64,000 nt of DNA from Octopus sinensis (lineage: Eukaryota): positions 64,108,001-64,172,000 of the forward strand of contig NC_043009.1 of assembly GCF_006345805.1 (NCBI RefSeq). The letters are read 5' to 3'. Position numbers and translations under genes: made by a program. The notes beneath the pieces were generated by a model that searched no databases, was not told the DNA's origin, and saw only the letters and a list, made by a program, of their open reading frames with translations. Of this stretch, positions 1 to 12,694 are shown piece after piece (within the stretch, counting starts at the first letter, position 1; every line of letters begins with the position of its first letter).

Positions 1-53
1 TGCGTCTAGAAAAGATTGCATCTTCTGATACTAATCTATTAATACGTCTTCTT

Positions 54-108
<55 letters not shown>

Positions 109-613
109 TTGTATAATGAGCAAACTATTTGAAAGATATGAATTATCTGCCTGACATAATTGTTTTTTTAGAAATTGTTCCTGGAGTGGCTGTGTGGTAA
201 GTAGCTTGCTTCCCAACCACACGGTGCCGGGTTCACTCCTACTGCGTGGCATCTTGGGCAAGTGTCTCCTGCTATATAGCCTCGGGCCGACCAAAGCCTT
301 GCGGTTCGGCAAAAGAGAACGATAGAATAAGTATGAGGCTTACAAAGAATGAGTCCTAGGGTCGATTCGTTCGATTAAAGGCGCTGCTCCAGCATGGCCG
401 CAGTCAAATGACTGAATCAAATAAAAGAATAAACAACCCCAGGGGGTATTCTATTTTCACAGGTCTATAAATTCATAACAGCTCCCTATGTAGCGAGTTA
501 CATAAGAGCCAACGCACCAAGCTTTTAGGCCTTCATTCACTCTGCTATTGTGCTAAATATTAATAAAAAAGATATTTGTTTTCAGTTCTATTTTGCCTGC
601 CTGTATCACCCAA

Positions 614-666
<53 letters not shown>

Positions 667-899
667 TATATATACATACATACATATATGCGCTTGGCTT
701 AGATTTTCCTTTGGGGCTGGCTAGATCGGAGCAATCTCAAGATTAATCAGCCGAAATTGCGAGGATGATCCGGTTCTTGACTGAAGATTGAAGGCTTCGA
801 ATCTCCCGTCCGTGTTTTTTGTATCGTCTTCTAAATGTTTTGCGTTCTTGTCCCAGTTTGTATTTTTTTACATATACATATATACATATACATATACGT

Positions 900-979
<80 letters not shown>

Positions 980-991
980 GTTATATATAGT

Positions 992-1038
<47 letters not shown>

Positions 1039-1351
1039 GTTAATCCAAACATGAACAAGCAAGAAAAACAAACAACACGAGGATGTTGAAATAAGTACAG
1101 GGTTATTGGACGCTCAGGAAAGGAAAGAAAGAGGATTTCCTCGTTTCGAGCGGAGCTCTTCGTCAGAAATATAGAGAAAGTCCAAAGAAGGGAAGACGGA
1201 GAAAGAAAATCGTCAACGATACACACGCGGTGACATATTGAAAATACATATACATACATACGCACACACACATGCATACACACACATATGGGGTGGGGAG
1301 GTGTACGGGCAGGGTGGTTTTGCTTTATGCTAGTGAGTTTGTTGCACGTTT

Positions 1352-1752
1352 TTTGTACCACATTGACATTTTTGTACCACATTAGCGTTTTGTACCACAT
1401 TGCCGTTTGTACCGCATTAGCAGTTGTACCACATTGGCGTTTTGTACCACATTAGCGTTTTGTACCACATTGCCGTTTGTACCGCATTAGCATTTGTACC
1501 ACATTGGCGTTTTGTACCACATTAGCGTTTTGTACCACATTGCCGTTTGTACCGCATTAGCATTTGTACCACATTGGCGTTTTGTACCACATTAGCGTTT
1601 TGTACCACATTGCCGTTTGTACCGCATTAGCATTTGTACCACATTGGCGTTTGTACCACATTAGCGTTTTGTATCACATTGCCGTTTGTACCGCATTAGC
1701 ATTTGTACCGCATTAGCATTTGTACCACATTGTCGTTTGTACCACATTGGCG
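1352..1752. repeat. 18-19-bp minisatellite (ttttgtaccacattagcg) x~21
   Basis: Direct reading. Confidence 0.95.
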
Positions 1753-1832
1753 CAGATCATTTACATCGACAGTTTTCGCCGTTAGTTTATATGATACGTA
1801 TTTCTCATTACTAAATATATATTCATTTGTAT

Positions 1833-2205
1833 TGTGGAGGCGCAATGGCCCAGTGGTTAGGGCAGCGGACTCGCGGTCATAGGATCGCGGTTTCGATTCC
1901 CAGACCGGGCGTTGTGAGTGTTTATTGAGCGAAAACACCTAAAGCTCCACGAGGCTCCGGCAGGGGGTGGTGGTGATCCCCGCTGTACTCTTTCACCACA
2001 ACTTTCTCTCACTCTTACTTCCTGTTTCTGTTGTACCTGTATTTCAAAGGGCCGGCCTTGTCACTCTCTGTGTCACGCTGAATATCCCCGAGAACTACGT
2101 TAAGGGTACACGTATCTGTGGAGTGCTCAGCCACTTACACGTTAGGCTGTTCCGTTGATTCGGATCAACCGGAACCCTCATCGTCGTAACCGACGGAGTG
2201 CTCCC
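1833..2205 (+). mobile_element. SINE family 2 (tRNA-derived head tgtggaggcgcaatggcccagtggttagggc...ttcgattccc)
   Basis: A/B-box head; copies at 12695-13078+, 14099-14262+, 41808-42118-, 61253-61568+; variant tails at 27257-27652 and 52370-52675. Confidence 0.85.
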
Positions 2206-2265
2206 AATCCAATTCATTTGTATTTTAATTCAGAATCGTTAAGATGGTCAACATTTCATACTTAC

Positions 2266-2369
2266 TTGTCAGACAATATTCCACACACAGAACTTCCAAT
2301 AAGAACACCAACAAACATTATAGACACTATTAGGTTTCTCATCCATTCTTTTTCGCAAACTAAATCAAA
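2266..2369 (-). CDS. SLC22 paralogue A exon 3 (104 nt, [35 protein letters not shown])
   Basis: tttcag|TTTGATTTAGTTTGC ... GACAA|gtaagt. Confidence 0.93.
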
Positions 2370-2649
2370 CTGAAATAGAAAAAAACAAAAAGAGAAAAAC
2401 AAACAAAAATATTACCAACAACTAACTCTTTACTCTTTTACTCTTTTACTTGTTTCAGTCATTTGACTGCGGCCATGCTGGAGCACCGCCTTTAATCGAG
2501 CAACTCGACCCCGGGACTTATTCTTTTTGTAAGCCCAGTACTTATTCTATCGGTCTCTTTTGCCGAACCGCTAAGTAACGGGGACATAAGAACACCAGCA
2601 TCGGTTGTCAGGCAATGCTAGGGGGACAAACACAGACACACAAACACAC

Positions 2650-2682
<33 letters not shown>

Positions 2683-5600
2683 CATATATACGACGGGCTT
2701 CTTTCAGTTTCCCTCTACCAAATCCACTCACAAGGCTTTGGTCGGCCCGAGGCTATAGTAGAAGACACTTGCCCAAGGTGCCACGCAGTGGGACTGAACC
2801 CAGAACCATGTGGTTGGTAAACAAGCTACTTACCACACAGCCACTCCTGCGCCTAAGCTACAAACTTTTGTTAAACATAGTTATGAAGTTCTATAAAACA
2901 GTTTTAAAATCTATACGAAAGTGTTGCTATATGCAAATCAGCTGAAATCATTTATACAACAATCCCTCGACTATCGCGGGTGTTACGTTCCGAAGCCCCA
3001 CGCGATAGGTGAAAATCCGCGAAGTAGAAACATTACTTTACTGTATATTTTAAAAATTATTTTTATAATTTCTATATATTTATTTTATTATAAATGTAAA
3101 ATAACACCTCGGAGGAATTGGAGTAAGCTTAAATAATAAACCGCGATAAGTGAACCGCGATATGGCGAGAGATTACTGTATCGTACTTCCAGAATTACTT
3201 TCGAAAAACGTATGTATTAGTATAGATACTACTAGCAGTATCGCCCGGCGTTGCTCGGGTTTGTAAGGGAACTAACTATATAAGCATTTTTAGAGAGTTA
3301 CTTCCCTTATAGATGCCAATTCGGGCTTTCTTAGCCATTTCTGTTTTGGTGTCTTCAAGCCATGAAGTCGTTGTTCTAAAAGAACGCTGGTCTCCTTGAC
3401 AACGCTTTACGACGTTGATTTCCTTACACTCCCTTCCCCACAGCTTCACGAGGGAGGGAAGAAGGGGGAGAAGCAAACAGGTGCAGGTGTGACCATGGAC
3501 GCCAACTCCGCCGCCATCGACACACGAAAAATTATGCATTAAAATGGAATAAAAAATGATGTTAAATTATTTTTAAAATCGTAGACTCATCGTAGACGCG
3601 CGCTAATAGCCAGACGGGCTCGATATGAATCACGACTATAAGATATCCGAATTTGGTTAAACTGCACCGCAAAATGTGGGAGTAGTTAGGAATCTAAATC
3701 GAAGAGGACAGACACTCACACAACTACAGTTTTATATATATAGATATATCGTTATAATTTGTTTATATATAAATATTTTAATAGTGAGGAATCGTGGCGT
3801 AGTGGTTAAAGTATACGACTCACGATCGGTACCTATTTCTTTACACAAGGGGCTACACACAGAGAGGACAAACAAGGACAGACAAACGGATTAAGTCGAT
3901 TATATCGACCCCAGTGCGTAACTGGTACTTAATTTATCGACCCCGAAAGGATGAAAGGCAGAGGTCGACTTTGCCTTTCATCCTTTCGGGGAACCAATTA
4001 TGCACTGGGGTCGATGTAATCGACTTAATCCCTTCCCCCAAATTTGAGGCCTTGTACTTCCAGTAGAAAGAATTATTATTATTATATGATGGTATTTGTA
4101 CCATTTGGCTCCAAGTCTCACCCAGAGTCCTCTAGAGACAATAAGTTAGAAGTTCAAGTTGGTGTTATGCCTAGGGTGCCGTATATATTTGGTTTTGCAC
4201 AAAGTATTGTTCTAGAGAATGCTTAAGAAGACATAAGAAAATTATAAATTTGTTTTAAAATTTGAGATTACATAGAAAGTATTTTACGTAGGATATGGGC
4301 AGTTCCCATGAGCACTGTTGTTTGAATTTCTGCCATTTTTGGAATTCCTGGTATCTGAGCTAGGTAGGAATCAACCCATTTTGCTATCATTCCAGGGGCA
4401 CCTATGACAATAGGTATTGTTTTGGTCTTGAGGTTCCACATTTTGCCAATTTCTATTTCAAGATCTTTATAATTGCTCAGTTTTCGGTTGGTCTTGACAG
4501 ATACATTTATGTCGATTGGGACAGTCATATCGATGAGGAAGCATGATTTTTGTCTGAAGTCTTTCAATATAATGTCTGGTCTATTCGCTTCTCTCTTTCT
4601 GTCAGTTTAAACGGTGAAATTCGAGTGTAGTGAGACGTGGTCATTTACAAGCACTAGAAGTGGTTTGTGTTCCCACCAGTTTTTATCATAGGGCAGGTCC
4701 AAGTTTTTGCAAATTACCCAGTGAATATCATCATCATCCTCATTATCAAGGCAGCGAGCTGGCAGAATCGTTAGCTCGCCAGGCGAAATGCTTAGGTCGA
4801 CATTGCTTTTCATCCTTTCGGGGTCCCTTAGACGTATTCGTTCGGCATTAAGTAACGTACGTATACATACATACATACATACATACATACATACATACAT
4901 ACATACAAACATACATACATACATACAACATACATACATACATACATACATACATACATACATACATACATACATACATACATACACATACGCATACACG
5001 TGCACATATCCAAGCACATAAATACACGCATATACACATACTTACACACACACATATATACACAGACATATATTTATATATATATATACACACATACATA
5101 TATGTTTATGTATATATGTATATATATATATATGTATGTAATATATATATGTATATATGTATATATGTATATATATGTATATATGTATATATGTATATAT
5201 ATATATATATATATACTGAGAGCAAGGTAGAGAGAGAGGGTAGAAAAGGCAAGAAAGAAGAGAGAGAAAGAGAAAAAAGAAAAAGAGGAGAGGGAGAGAG
5301 AAAGAGGAAGAGAGAGGTATGTAAAATAAACTTTCTACAAAAAAAGTTTCATTTTCATTTTTATCTCACGATTTTATCTTTCATTTTTCTTTCCATTTTC
5401 GTTTTGATAATTTCATTGTTTTATATGCATTTTCATTGGGGACAGGTTTTTAGCAAGTATAAGTTCCCACTAATCCCAATCTAGTCCTTTCCCTCTAGGG
5501 AACGAAGGCGCATGTGTAGGTTGCAATGTCTTCTCTTCACTCGAATACTTCTGTGTATACGATGTTCCTAGCTGTTCCTTTGGGCGAAAACATGAAAACA

Positions 5601-8600
5601 TCATTGCGCCCCCCAACGCGTGAACAGCCCACGTACAGCCCAGAAAATGTGTTGCATATAAAAAGCTTAGATTCTCGACCCCATGTCGAATTTATCGATT
5701 TTTTCAGAACCGGGGGAACTTTTCAAACTTTTCGCTGCGTTAGTTTTGAATTATGACATTGGGCTATGTGTGTGTCAAGTTTCATCAGAATCGGTTGAAA
5801 GCCGTGGTCAGGGTGAGGGTACAACCTGACAGACACACAGACACACAGACAGACAAACTGCCGTTTATATATAGAGAGATTTCTTTGGAAGTCGTAGATT
5901 GTACAAGAGAGCTGAGCCAAGTTGTTATTGATGTTAGGTGTATGTCCAGTAAAGGTGGCGAGCTGGCAGAAACGTTAGCACGTCGGGCGTAATGCGTAGC
6001 CATATTTCGTCTGCCGTTACGTTCTGAGTTCAAATATATGCGTGACCGCCGCCTTCAATCGCTGGGTCCCAAGTCGCCGCTTGCTGCTGCTAGTGGTCAA
6101 ACGTTCTACGACCCCCTTGCCTCGCTAACTACCACGATAGGCAAGCGGGTCGTGCTTCCGGTGGTTCGCGCATGCGCGAGAGGGCCCTTCCTTTCTCTGC
6201 CTTGGTAAAGGCACCAACACGCGCGAAATACAAATGGACGGTGCGCGAGCGCGCGCCGTTGTAGGATCACTACAAATGGAATAGTAAATAAAACAGAAAA
6301 AAACAGAGCTTGCTTTGGGGCCAGTCACTGGAATATGTTTGTTAGTAATTTAAGGCCAAAAAATCGAGTAGTCTTTCTCTGGATGTGGTCTAGGATGTCT
6401 GTGAGTGCAGCTACAGCACCGACGCAGATGTTTGAGTAATAAGTCTTTCTGTTGTCTTCACAGCTCTGCAGCGCTCGGAATTTACTTTCTTGTCCGTAAA
6501 ATACCAAACACATTCGACGCTTCCAAATTTTGTTTTTTTGAGAAATACTTTAGATGTGTTAAAATGAAAACGTGTTTGATTCTCGTGTATGTCGTAGATA
6601 TGTAAAGAAGTGTTTCCAAAGGAAATGAGGTCTACTAATTAGTTGTCAAAGAGTTATTGAAAGATTCCTGGATCTGGTAATGAGGGGTTTCTTTAGTTTT
6701 GGTTGGGGAGGGCGCGTGGCTTAGTGGTTAGGGCATTCGGCTCATGATCGTGAGGTTGTGAGTTCGATTCCCGGCGACGCGTTGTGTCCTTGAGCAAGAC
6801 ACTTTATTTCACGTTGCTCCAGTCCACTCAGCTGGCAAAAATGAGTTGTACTTGTATTTCAAAGGGTCAGCCTTGTCACTCTCTGTGTCACGCTGATTAT
6901 CCCCGAGAACTACGTTAAGGGTACACGTGTCTGTGGAATGCTCAGCCATTTGCACGTTAATTTCACGAGCAAGCTGTTCCGTTGATCGTATCAACTGGGA
7001 CCCTCGTCGTCGTAACCGGCGGAGTATTTTAGTTTTGGTTGATAGAAAAAGATAAAAAAGAGATAAAATAATCTGTCGCTTTTGTAAATAAAATGTTATC
7101 TCGTCGTTATCGGAATTTAGTGTGTTTGAAATTCATCATCATCATCATTGTTCGACCGTGGTCGAGACAATGGAATTTACCATGCTACGCCAGACTTCAC
7201 GGTCCATCATAGCATTACGGAGGTCCTGTTGCTGGATGCCTGTATCCCTGGAGATTACATCAGGGTAGGAGAGTGTGCGCCCTCTGGTATCACGAGTAGA
7301 TGGCTTCCAGGGGAGAAGAGTAGAAATTGCCTCGTTTTCAGCTCTACAGCAATGTCCAGCAAACTGGACTCTCTTACCTGAAATTCCTACAGCATATTCC
7401 ATTAAAAAACCCCCAAAGAATGTATAAACAATGGAGTTAGAACTACTTACCTCAGATACAATGGTTGAGAACTCCTTTGTGTTGAACATCCGACCATTAC
7501 TACACGGTTCCTTTGTAGAATTACTGACTGGAAGATTATAAAATCCTTCTTCCATATCAAGGCGATACACAGAGCATTCATCATCTTCAGTAGTTATCTT
7601 ATCCAAGAATTCATTCAAGGTGATATTTGATGGAATCAAGGATTTATTGAAATTTGAAGGATAACAAGCAAAGGGGACCTTCTCCCTTACAAACACCATC
7701 GTTAAAAATTGTAAGGCATCAAAAACTACGTATAATATAACAAAGGCCGTAAGTTTCTTTTGATATGGGCCAAATCCTCCACAGTTTTTCAGTATTTCCT
7801 CGGTAATTTCAGATATTGACAAATCTAAAATTAAAAATTAAGAATTTCACTAATTAAATTTAATGATTTCCACTTGGATTATTTCTGATTTAGAGTTTAA
7901 TTATTTTTGAAGCAGGTAACAAATACAAGCACATCAAATGAAGACATACAAACGATTGGATCAGCACCAATGTACGGTAAACCCTCGACTATCGCGGGTG
8001 TTTCGTCCCCACCGCACGCGACAGGTGAAAATCCACGAAATAGAAATAGTAGTGTACTATATATTTTAAAATTATTTTTATAATTTGTATATACTTGACA
8101 ACCGATGCTGGTGTGTTTTCGTCCCCGTCACTTAGCGGTTCGGCAAAAGAGACCGATAGAATAAGTACTAGGCTTACAAAGAATAAGTCCCGGGGTCGAT
8201 TTGCTCGACTAAAGACGGTGCTCCAGCATGGCCGCAGTCAAATGACTGAAACAAGTAAAAGATAAAAGATAAAGAAGATACTCTTTTACTCTTTTACTTG
8301 TTTCTGTCATTTGACTGCGCCATGCTGGAGCACCGCCTTTAGTTGAGCAAATCGACTCCAGGACTTATTCTTTGTAAGCCTAGTACTTATTCTATCGGTC
8401 TCTTTTGTCGAACCGCTAAGTTACGGAGACGTAAACACACCAGCATCGGTTGTCAAGTAATGTTGGGGGACGAACACAGACACACAAACACACACACACA
8501 TATACACATATAAACGACGGGCTTCTTTCAGTTTCCGTCTACCAAATCCACTCACAAGTCTTTGGTCTGCCCGAGGCTATAATAGAAGACATTTGCCCAA

Positions 8601-8673
8601 TGTGCCACGCAGTGGGACTGAATCCGGAATGTGGTTGGTAAGCAAGCTACTTACCACATAGCCACTCCTGCGT

Positions 8674-8714
<41 letters not shown>

Positions 8715-9333
8715 GACGAGCTTCTTTCAGTTTCCGTCTACCAAATCCACTCACAAGGCTTTGGTTTTTAAATGGCTTATAAACACCTTCCACGCTGCAA
8801 TTGTTTAAAAACTAGTTTTATAGGAACTTCTTTCAAAATTCCTCTTCTGCTTTTCACACATTAACTTGTATAGTTCTATATTTAAGAGATGAGGAATTAT
8901 TTACATTATTTACATTTGATGGAAATATTTACATTATTTACATTTGATGGAAATATTTCCTCATCTTGTTTGTTTTTAACACAACATTTCGGCTGATATA
9001 CCCTCCAGCCTTCATCTGGTGTCTTGGGGAAATTTCGAACCTGGGTTCTCATTCCTAAGGTATTTTTCGATGTTATTATTATTATCATTATTATTATTAA
9101 GATCACTAACTGGAAACGAACTCGGAATCTTGGGGTTAGTAGCCCACTCTTTTAAACACTACGCCACATGCCTCTTAACTACTACGCCATATGCCCGCGC
9201 TATTAACCACTACAGCATATGCCCCACGGGCATGTGGCGTAGGGGTTAAAAGCGCGGGCTAATGACCTCAAGATTCCGAGTTCGATTCCAGGTAATGACC
9301 TGAATAATAATAATAATCATAATAATAATAATG

Positions 9334-9376
<43 letters not shown>

Positions 9377-10777
9377 TGATGATGATGATGATAATAACAA
9401 CATCAAAAAATACCTTAGGAATGAGAATCCAGGTTTGATGAAGGCTGGAGGGTATATCAGCCGAAATGTGTTAACAACAAACAAGATGAGGACAAATATC
9501 CGTCAAATGTAAATAATGTGAATAATGTGAATAATGTATATTAACCTGTGTAGGTAGAACTATGTAAAATACCAGAGGAAGAAACCGAGCTGTTTCATGC
9601 CATTCATACCAATACATACACCGAAAGCAACATTTTTTCAGGGGCCCTTAAAATACTATTGTGAACTCACAATTTACTATTTTGTTGCGTGGACCCTCCT
9701 AAGTTTTATATAGACAACTCAGAGGCCATATGAACCCGGGCTGAGAACCCCTGACAAATAACGGAGAGTTGTTCAGTGCATGCATGATGCTCAATACGTG
9801 AGAATCAAGATATTTCATACCAAATATACCAGGTTTCGATTCCTGCGTAAAACATTTTTGCACTCGTATATCTTGTGTTTCAGACCGAATGAGCAGTCTT
9901 GTGGGTTAAGGACACAACAGACAGATAATCGTTTTATTATTGACACTGTACAAATTGATGGTTTTAGAATTAATCTAATTATCCGACATATGTTTGGAAG
10001 ACATTTTCATTTCAAAGTTTATATATATTGGGTTGGTGCATAATTATTGCGTTTTTTTTTTTCAACAAATTTTATTCAACGAAAACAATAACAATATTTA
10101 AGAAAAACATCTTTAAATGACGGTCTGACCGTCTGCCAAGCAAATTCTGAGACCCCTTTCGGTCATGACTGACCATAGGATTGCACCTAGAAATTTACCC
10201 TCCCAGGCACAAGTCCGGGCAAGGTTGTTTATGGAAGACCAGCAGTCGCCCATTCCTACCGGCTTCCCCTCTCCACGCCACCAGTGTTATCCAAGGGAAA
10301 AGCAAAAGCCGTTACAGCTTGGCATCTGTGACGTCGCAACTCATTTCTACAGCTGAGTGAACTGGAGCAACGTGAAATAAAGTGTCTTGCTAAAGAACAC
10401 AACACGCAGCCCGGTCCGGGATTCGAACTCACAACCTCACGATCGTAAGCTCGACGTTCTAACCACTGAGCCATGGGAAGCAGTAATTGAAGTAGATGGT
10501 GAATATTTTCCGGAATAATCATTTAAACATGTTTTTGTTGAATAAAATTTGTTGAAAAGAAAAAAGCTGCAATAATTATGCACCAGCCCAAAATTTAAAA
10601 CGGATCCACTGAGGAGGCGAATGAAACCGCCAAGCACTTTAAGCATTTAAATTTACTACCGACAGAATATACATTATCTATATAAATTTAATAAAAACGC
10701 AAAATAATATTCAAACTTTTTGATTCAGGAACAAATTCTTCGTTTAAATCTTCCATAGTATTTGACTCATTTTCCAT
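2266..10777 (-). CDS. SLC22-family organic ion transporter, paralogue A (5' part; continues off left edge). Coding exons 10777-10717, 7824-7451, 2369-2266
   Basis: Spliced frame is continuous: [44 protein letters not shown]...CYP...CSVY...EPCSNGR...IVSE|FDLVCEKEW...GILSDK. The ECL cysteines and DLVC and SD(K) motifs are typical of SLC22; GT-AG phases are 1, 0, 2. Confidence 0.9.
2425..2855 (-). mobile_element. SINE family 1 (tRNA-like head, internal (TA)n/(TG)n, aaaagagt tail)
   Basis: Other copies: 183-430+, 8096-8270+, 8278-8673-, 11366-11585+, 11650-11825+, 11990-12380-, 20040-20625+, 27835-28195+, 33559-33975+, 38701-39110+, 58905-59398-, 60705-61090+, 63272-63735-. Confidence 0.85.
2955..3180 (+). 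mobile_element. Tigger/pogo-type MITE
   Basis: TIRs tacaacaatccctcg... / ...cgagagattactgta; a 5' half copy lies at 7972-8095. Confidence 0.7.
3230..3748 (+). mobile_element. Putative non-autonomous Helitron/Helentron-like element
   Basis: 5' actagcagtatcgcccggcgttgctcggg, 3' acagac...tatatataga; related copies at 5497-5880, 53785-54189 (-) and 55250-55632; class assignment is an inference from the termini. Confidence 0.5.
4085..4610 (-). mobile_element. R4/Dong-clade non-LTR retrotransposon 3' end (restriction-like endonuclease)
   Basis: [30 protein letters not shown]...[11 protein letters not shown]...IPIVIGA; ends next to a TAA repeat. Confidence 0.85.
7132..7378 (-). mobile_element. RTE-clade LINE 3' fragment with (ATG)n tail
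   Basis: [23 protein letters not shown]...[15 protein letters not shown]...AMMDREVWR; near-identical to 48205-48430. Confidence 0.85.
7451..7824 (-). CDS. SLC22 paralogue A exon 2 (TM1 + large extracellular loop, 374 nt)
   Basis: ttttag|AT TTG TCA ... TCT GAG|gtaagt; same length as exon 2 of B and clearly similar peptide. Confidence 0.93.
8873..9540. mobile_element. Head-to-head pair of SINE family 4 (tRNA head + (AAT)n + HHR-bearing PLE-like tail)
   Basis: Minus copy ~8873-9185, plus copy 9228-9540; tail-only copies at 40915-41029 and 51613-51683. Confidence 0.75.
10027..10592. mobile_element. Mariner-type MITE with a nested SINE (10149-10477, minus)
   Basis: TIRs ttgggttggtgcataattattgc / gcaataattatgcaccagcccaa; empty copies at 34027-34288 and 35634-35835. 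Confidence 0.8.
10717..10777 (-). CDS. SLC22 paralogue A, putative first coding exon (61 nt)
   Basis: aacATGGAAAATGAG...AAAA|gtttga. Same length (61 nt), same phase 1 and similar peptide as the first exon of paralogue B. The donor is weak. Confidence 0.65.
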
Positions 10778-11602
10778 GTTACAGATAATAGTTTTCGAGT
10801 TACAAAGCCTGCATGTAGAATGTCACTGACTCACATGCAGCGTAAGCAGTTTGGCCGATATCTTTTAACTAAAACAAAAAAAAAAAAAAAACCGTCATAA
10901 AACAAACAAACAATTTTGAGAGACGGGACATAATAACTACTAAATACTAAATAGATTTAATACTACAATAAACAAGAATAAAGTTCATTGATTCAAAATT
11001 CAGTTTTGATGATGAGAGAGTTATTTCGAGGACTATTCATTATGTAATAATGATATCTAAATATGTGAAGTTAGTTTTAAGCAATGTGTTCTGTTTTTCT
11101 GCGCATTTTGTCAAAGCTTTTACAGTTGTGAGCATAGGCTAATCAGAACTAAAGTTTTAATATATTCGCTGCTTTTTAGTATGGCAGGGTCTAATTTTAG
11201 TGAGAGTTCTAACCTGTCGAATCTTTCATTGATTTACGTAATGTTCCAGAGGGTCTACGATGTAACAGGAGTTAAGTTTTCATGTTATTGGGTCTCATAT
11301 GCTTACCCTTTTTTGATCAGTGTTCGGAAGGGCAATAAGTTGTTAGACATGGGGTATGTCTTGTGAATGGATTTGGTAGACGGAAGCTGTAAGAAGCCCG
11401 TCGTATGTGTGTGTGTCTGTATATGTTTATGTGTCTGTGTTTGTCAACCGATGCTGGTGTGTTTACGTCCCCGTAACTTAGCGGTTCGTAAAAAAGAGAC
11501 CAATAGAATAAGTACTAGTCTTACAAAGTATAAGTCCCGGGGCTGATTTGCTCGACTAAAGGCGGTGCTCCAGCATGGCCACAGTCACATGACTGAAACA
11601 AG

Positions 11603-11651
<49 letters not shown>

Positions 11652-11944
11652 GTATGTCTGTGTTTGTTCCCTCACCATCGCTTGACAACCGATGTTAGTG
11701 TGTTTACGTCCCCGTAACTTAGCGGCTTGGTGTAAGAGACCGATAGAATAAGTACTAGGCTTACAAAGAATAAGTCCTGGGTTCGATTTGTTCAAATGAC
11801 TGAACCAAGTAAAACAATAAAAGAATACGTCGTTACACACACACACACACACACGCACACTCACACACACACACACACATATATATACACACATATATAT
11901 ATACACACATATACATACACACACATATATATATATACATATAC

Positions 11945-11982
<38 letters not shown>

Positions 11983-12694
11983 TACTCATTTACTCTTTTA
12001 CTCTTTTACTTGTTTCAGTCATCTGACTGCGGCCATGCTGGAGCACCGCCTTTAATCGAGCAACTCGACACCGGGACTTATTCTCTTGTAAGCCCAGTAC
12101 TTATTCTATCGGTCTCTTTTGCCGAACCGCTAAGTAACGGAGACATAAACACACCAGCATCGGTTGTCAAGCAATGCTAGGGGGTCAAACACAGACACAT
12201 ACATATATATATATACATATATGCGACGGGCTTCTTTCAGTTTCCGTCTACCAAATCCACTCACAAGGCTTTGGTCGGCCCGGGGCTATAGTAGAAGACA
12301 CTTGCCCAAGGTGCCACGCAGTGGGACTGAACCCAGGACCATGTGGTTGGTAAACAAGCTACTTACCACACAGCCACTCATCTAGTTTCAGCTCAGCCAT
12401 TTCTATTAAAACTCATAAAACATTACATTTACATTTATGCCACATGGGCATAATATCATCAGAGGCAAAAAAAAGACGTACCTTTAGATGCCACATGTGT
12501 GTTTGTGGATTCATTTCAGCAGACAGTATTTCCTTGGATGAAACCGTCCCTTCATGAGGTTAACACAACCTCTGATTAAATTTAATATATGTGTATATAT
12601 TATCTTTCACATAACATTTATTTATGTTATGTGAACATTTTGAAAATAAAGTGCTTAATGCTCAATTTCATGTACATATTTATATATCATAAAG

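Noticed and set aside
770-820. CTGAAGA at 781 as a hammerhead core
   Set aside because: No valid stem II followed by GAAA (it reads gaat) and no UH or stem I.
1352-1752. CRISPR-like appearance of regular repeats (also 29560-29925 and 30290-30612)
   Set aside because: Head-to-tail units without unique spacers, in a eukaryotic genome.
1833-1910. tRNA genes at SINE heads (also 6707, 9228, 12695, 27257, 52370)
   Set aside because: A/B boxes are present but there is no full cloverleaf or acceptor stem, and each continues into a SINE body.
3941-3990. 19-bp perfect hairpin
   Set aside because: It is the junction of two oppositely oriented family-3 SINE fragments.
12425-12470. Minus-strand CTGATGA followed by a ttatgcc/ggcataa hairpin
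   Set aside because: No GAAA, UH or stem I after the hairpin. The same applies to the motifs at 10609, 18204, 24360, 26905, 43351 and 56866.
12481-12575. Exon-like segment (AAG|gtacgt donor) upstream of gene A
   Set aside because: Its ATG frames end in phase 0 or a stop, whereas exon 2 needs phase 1. It could be a 5' UTR exon but is unsupported.
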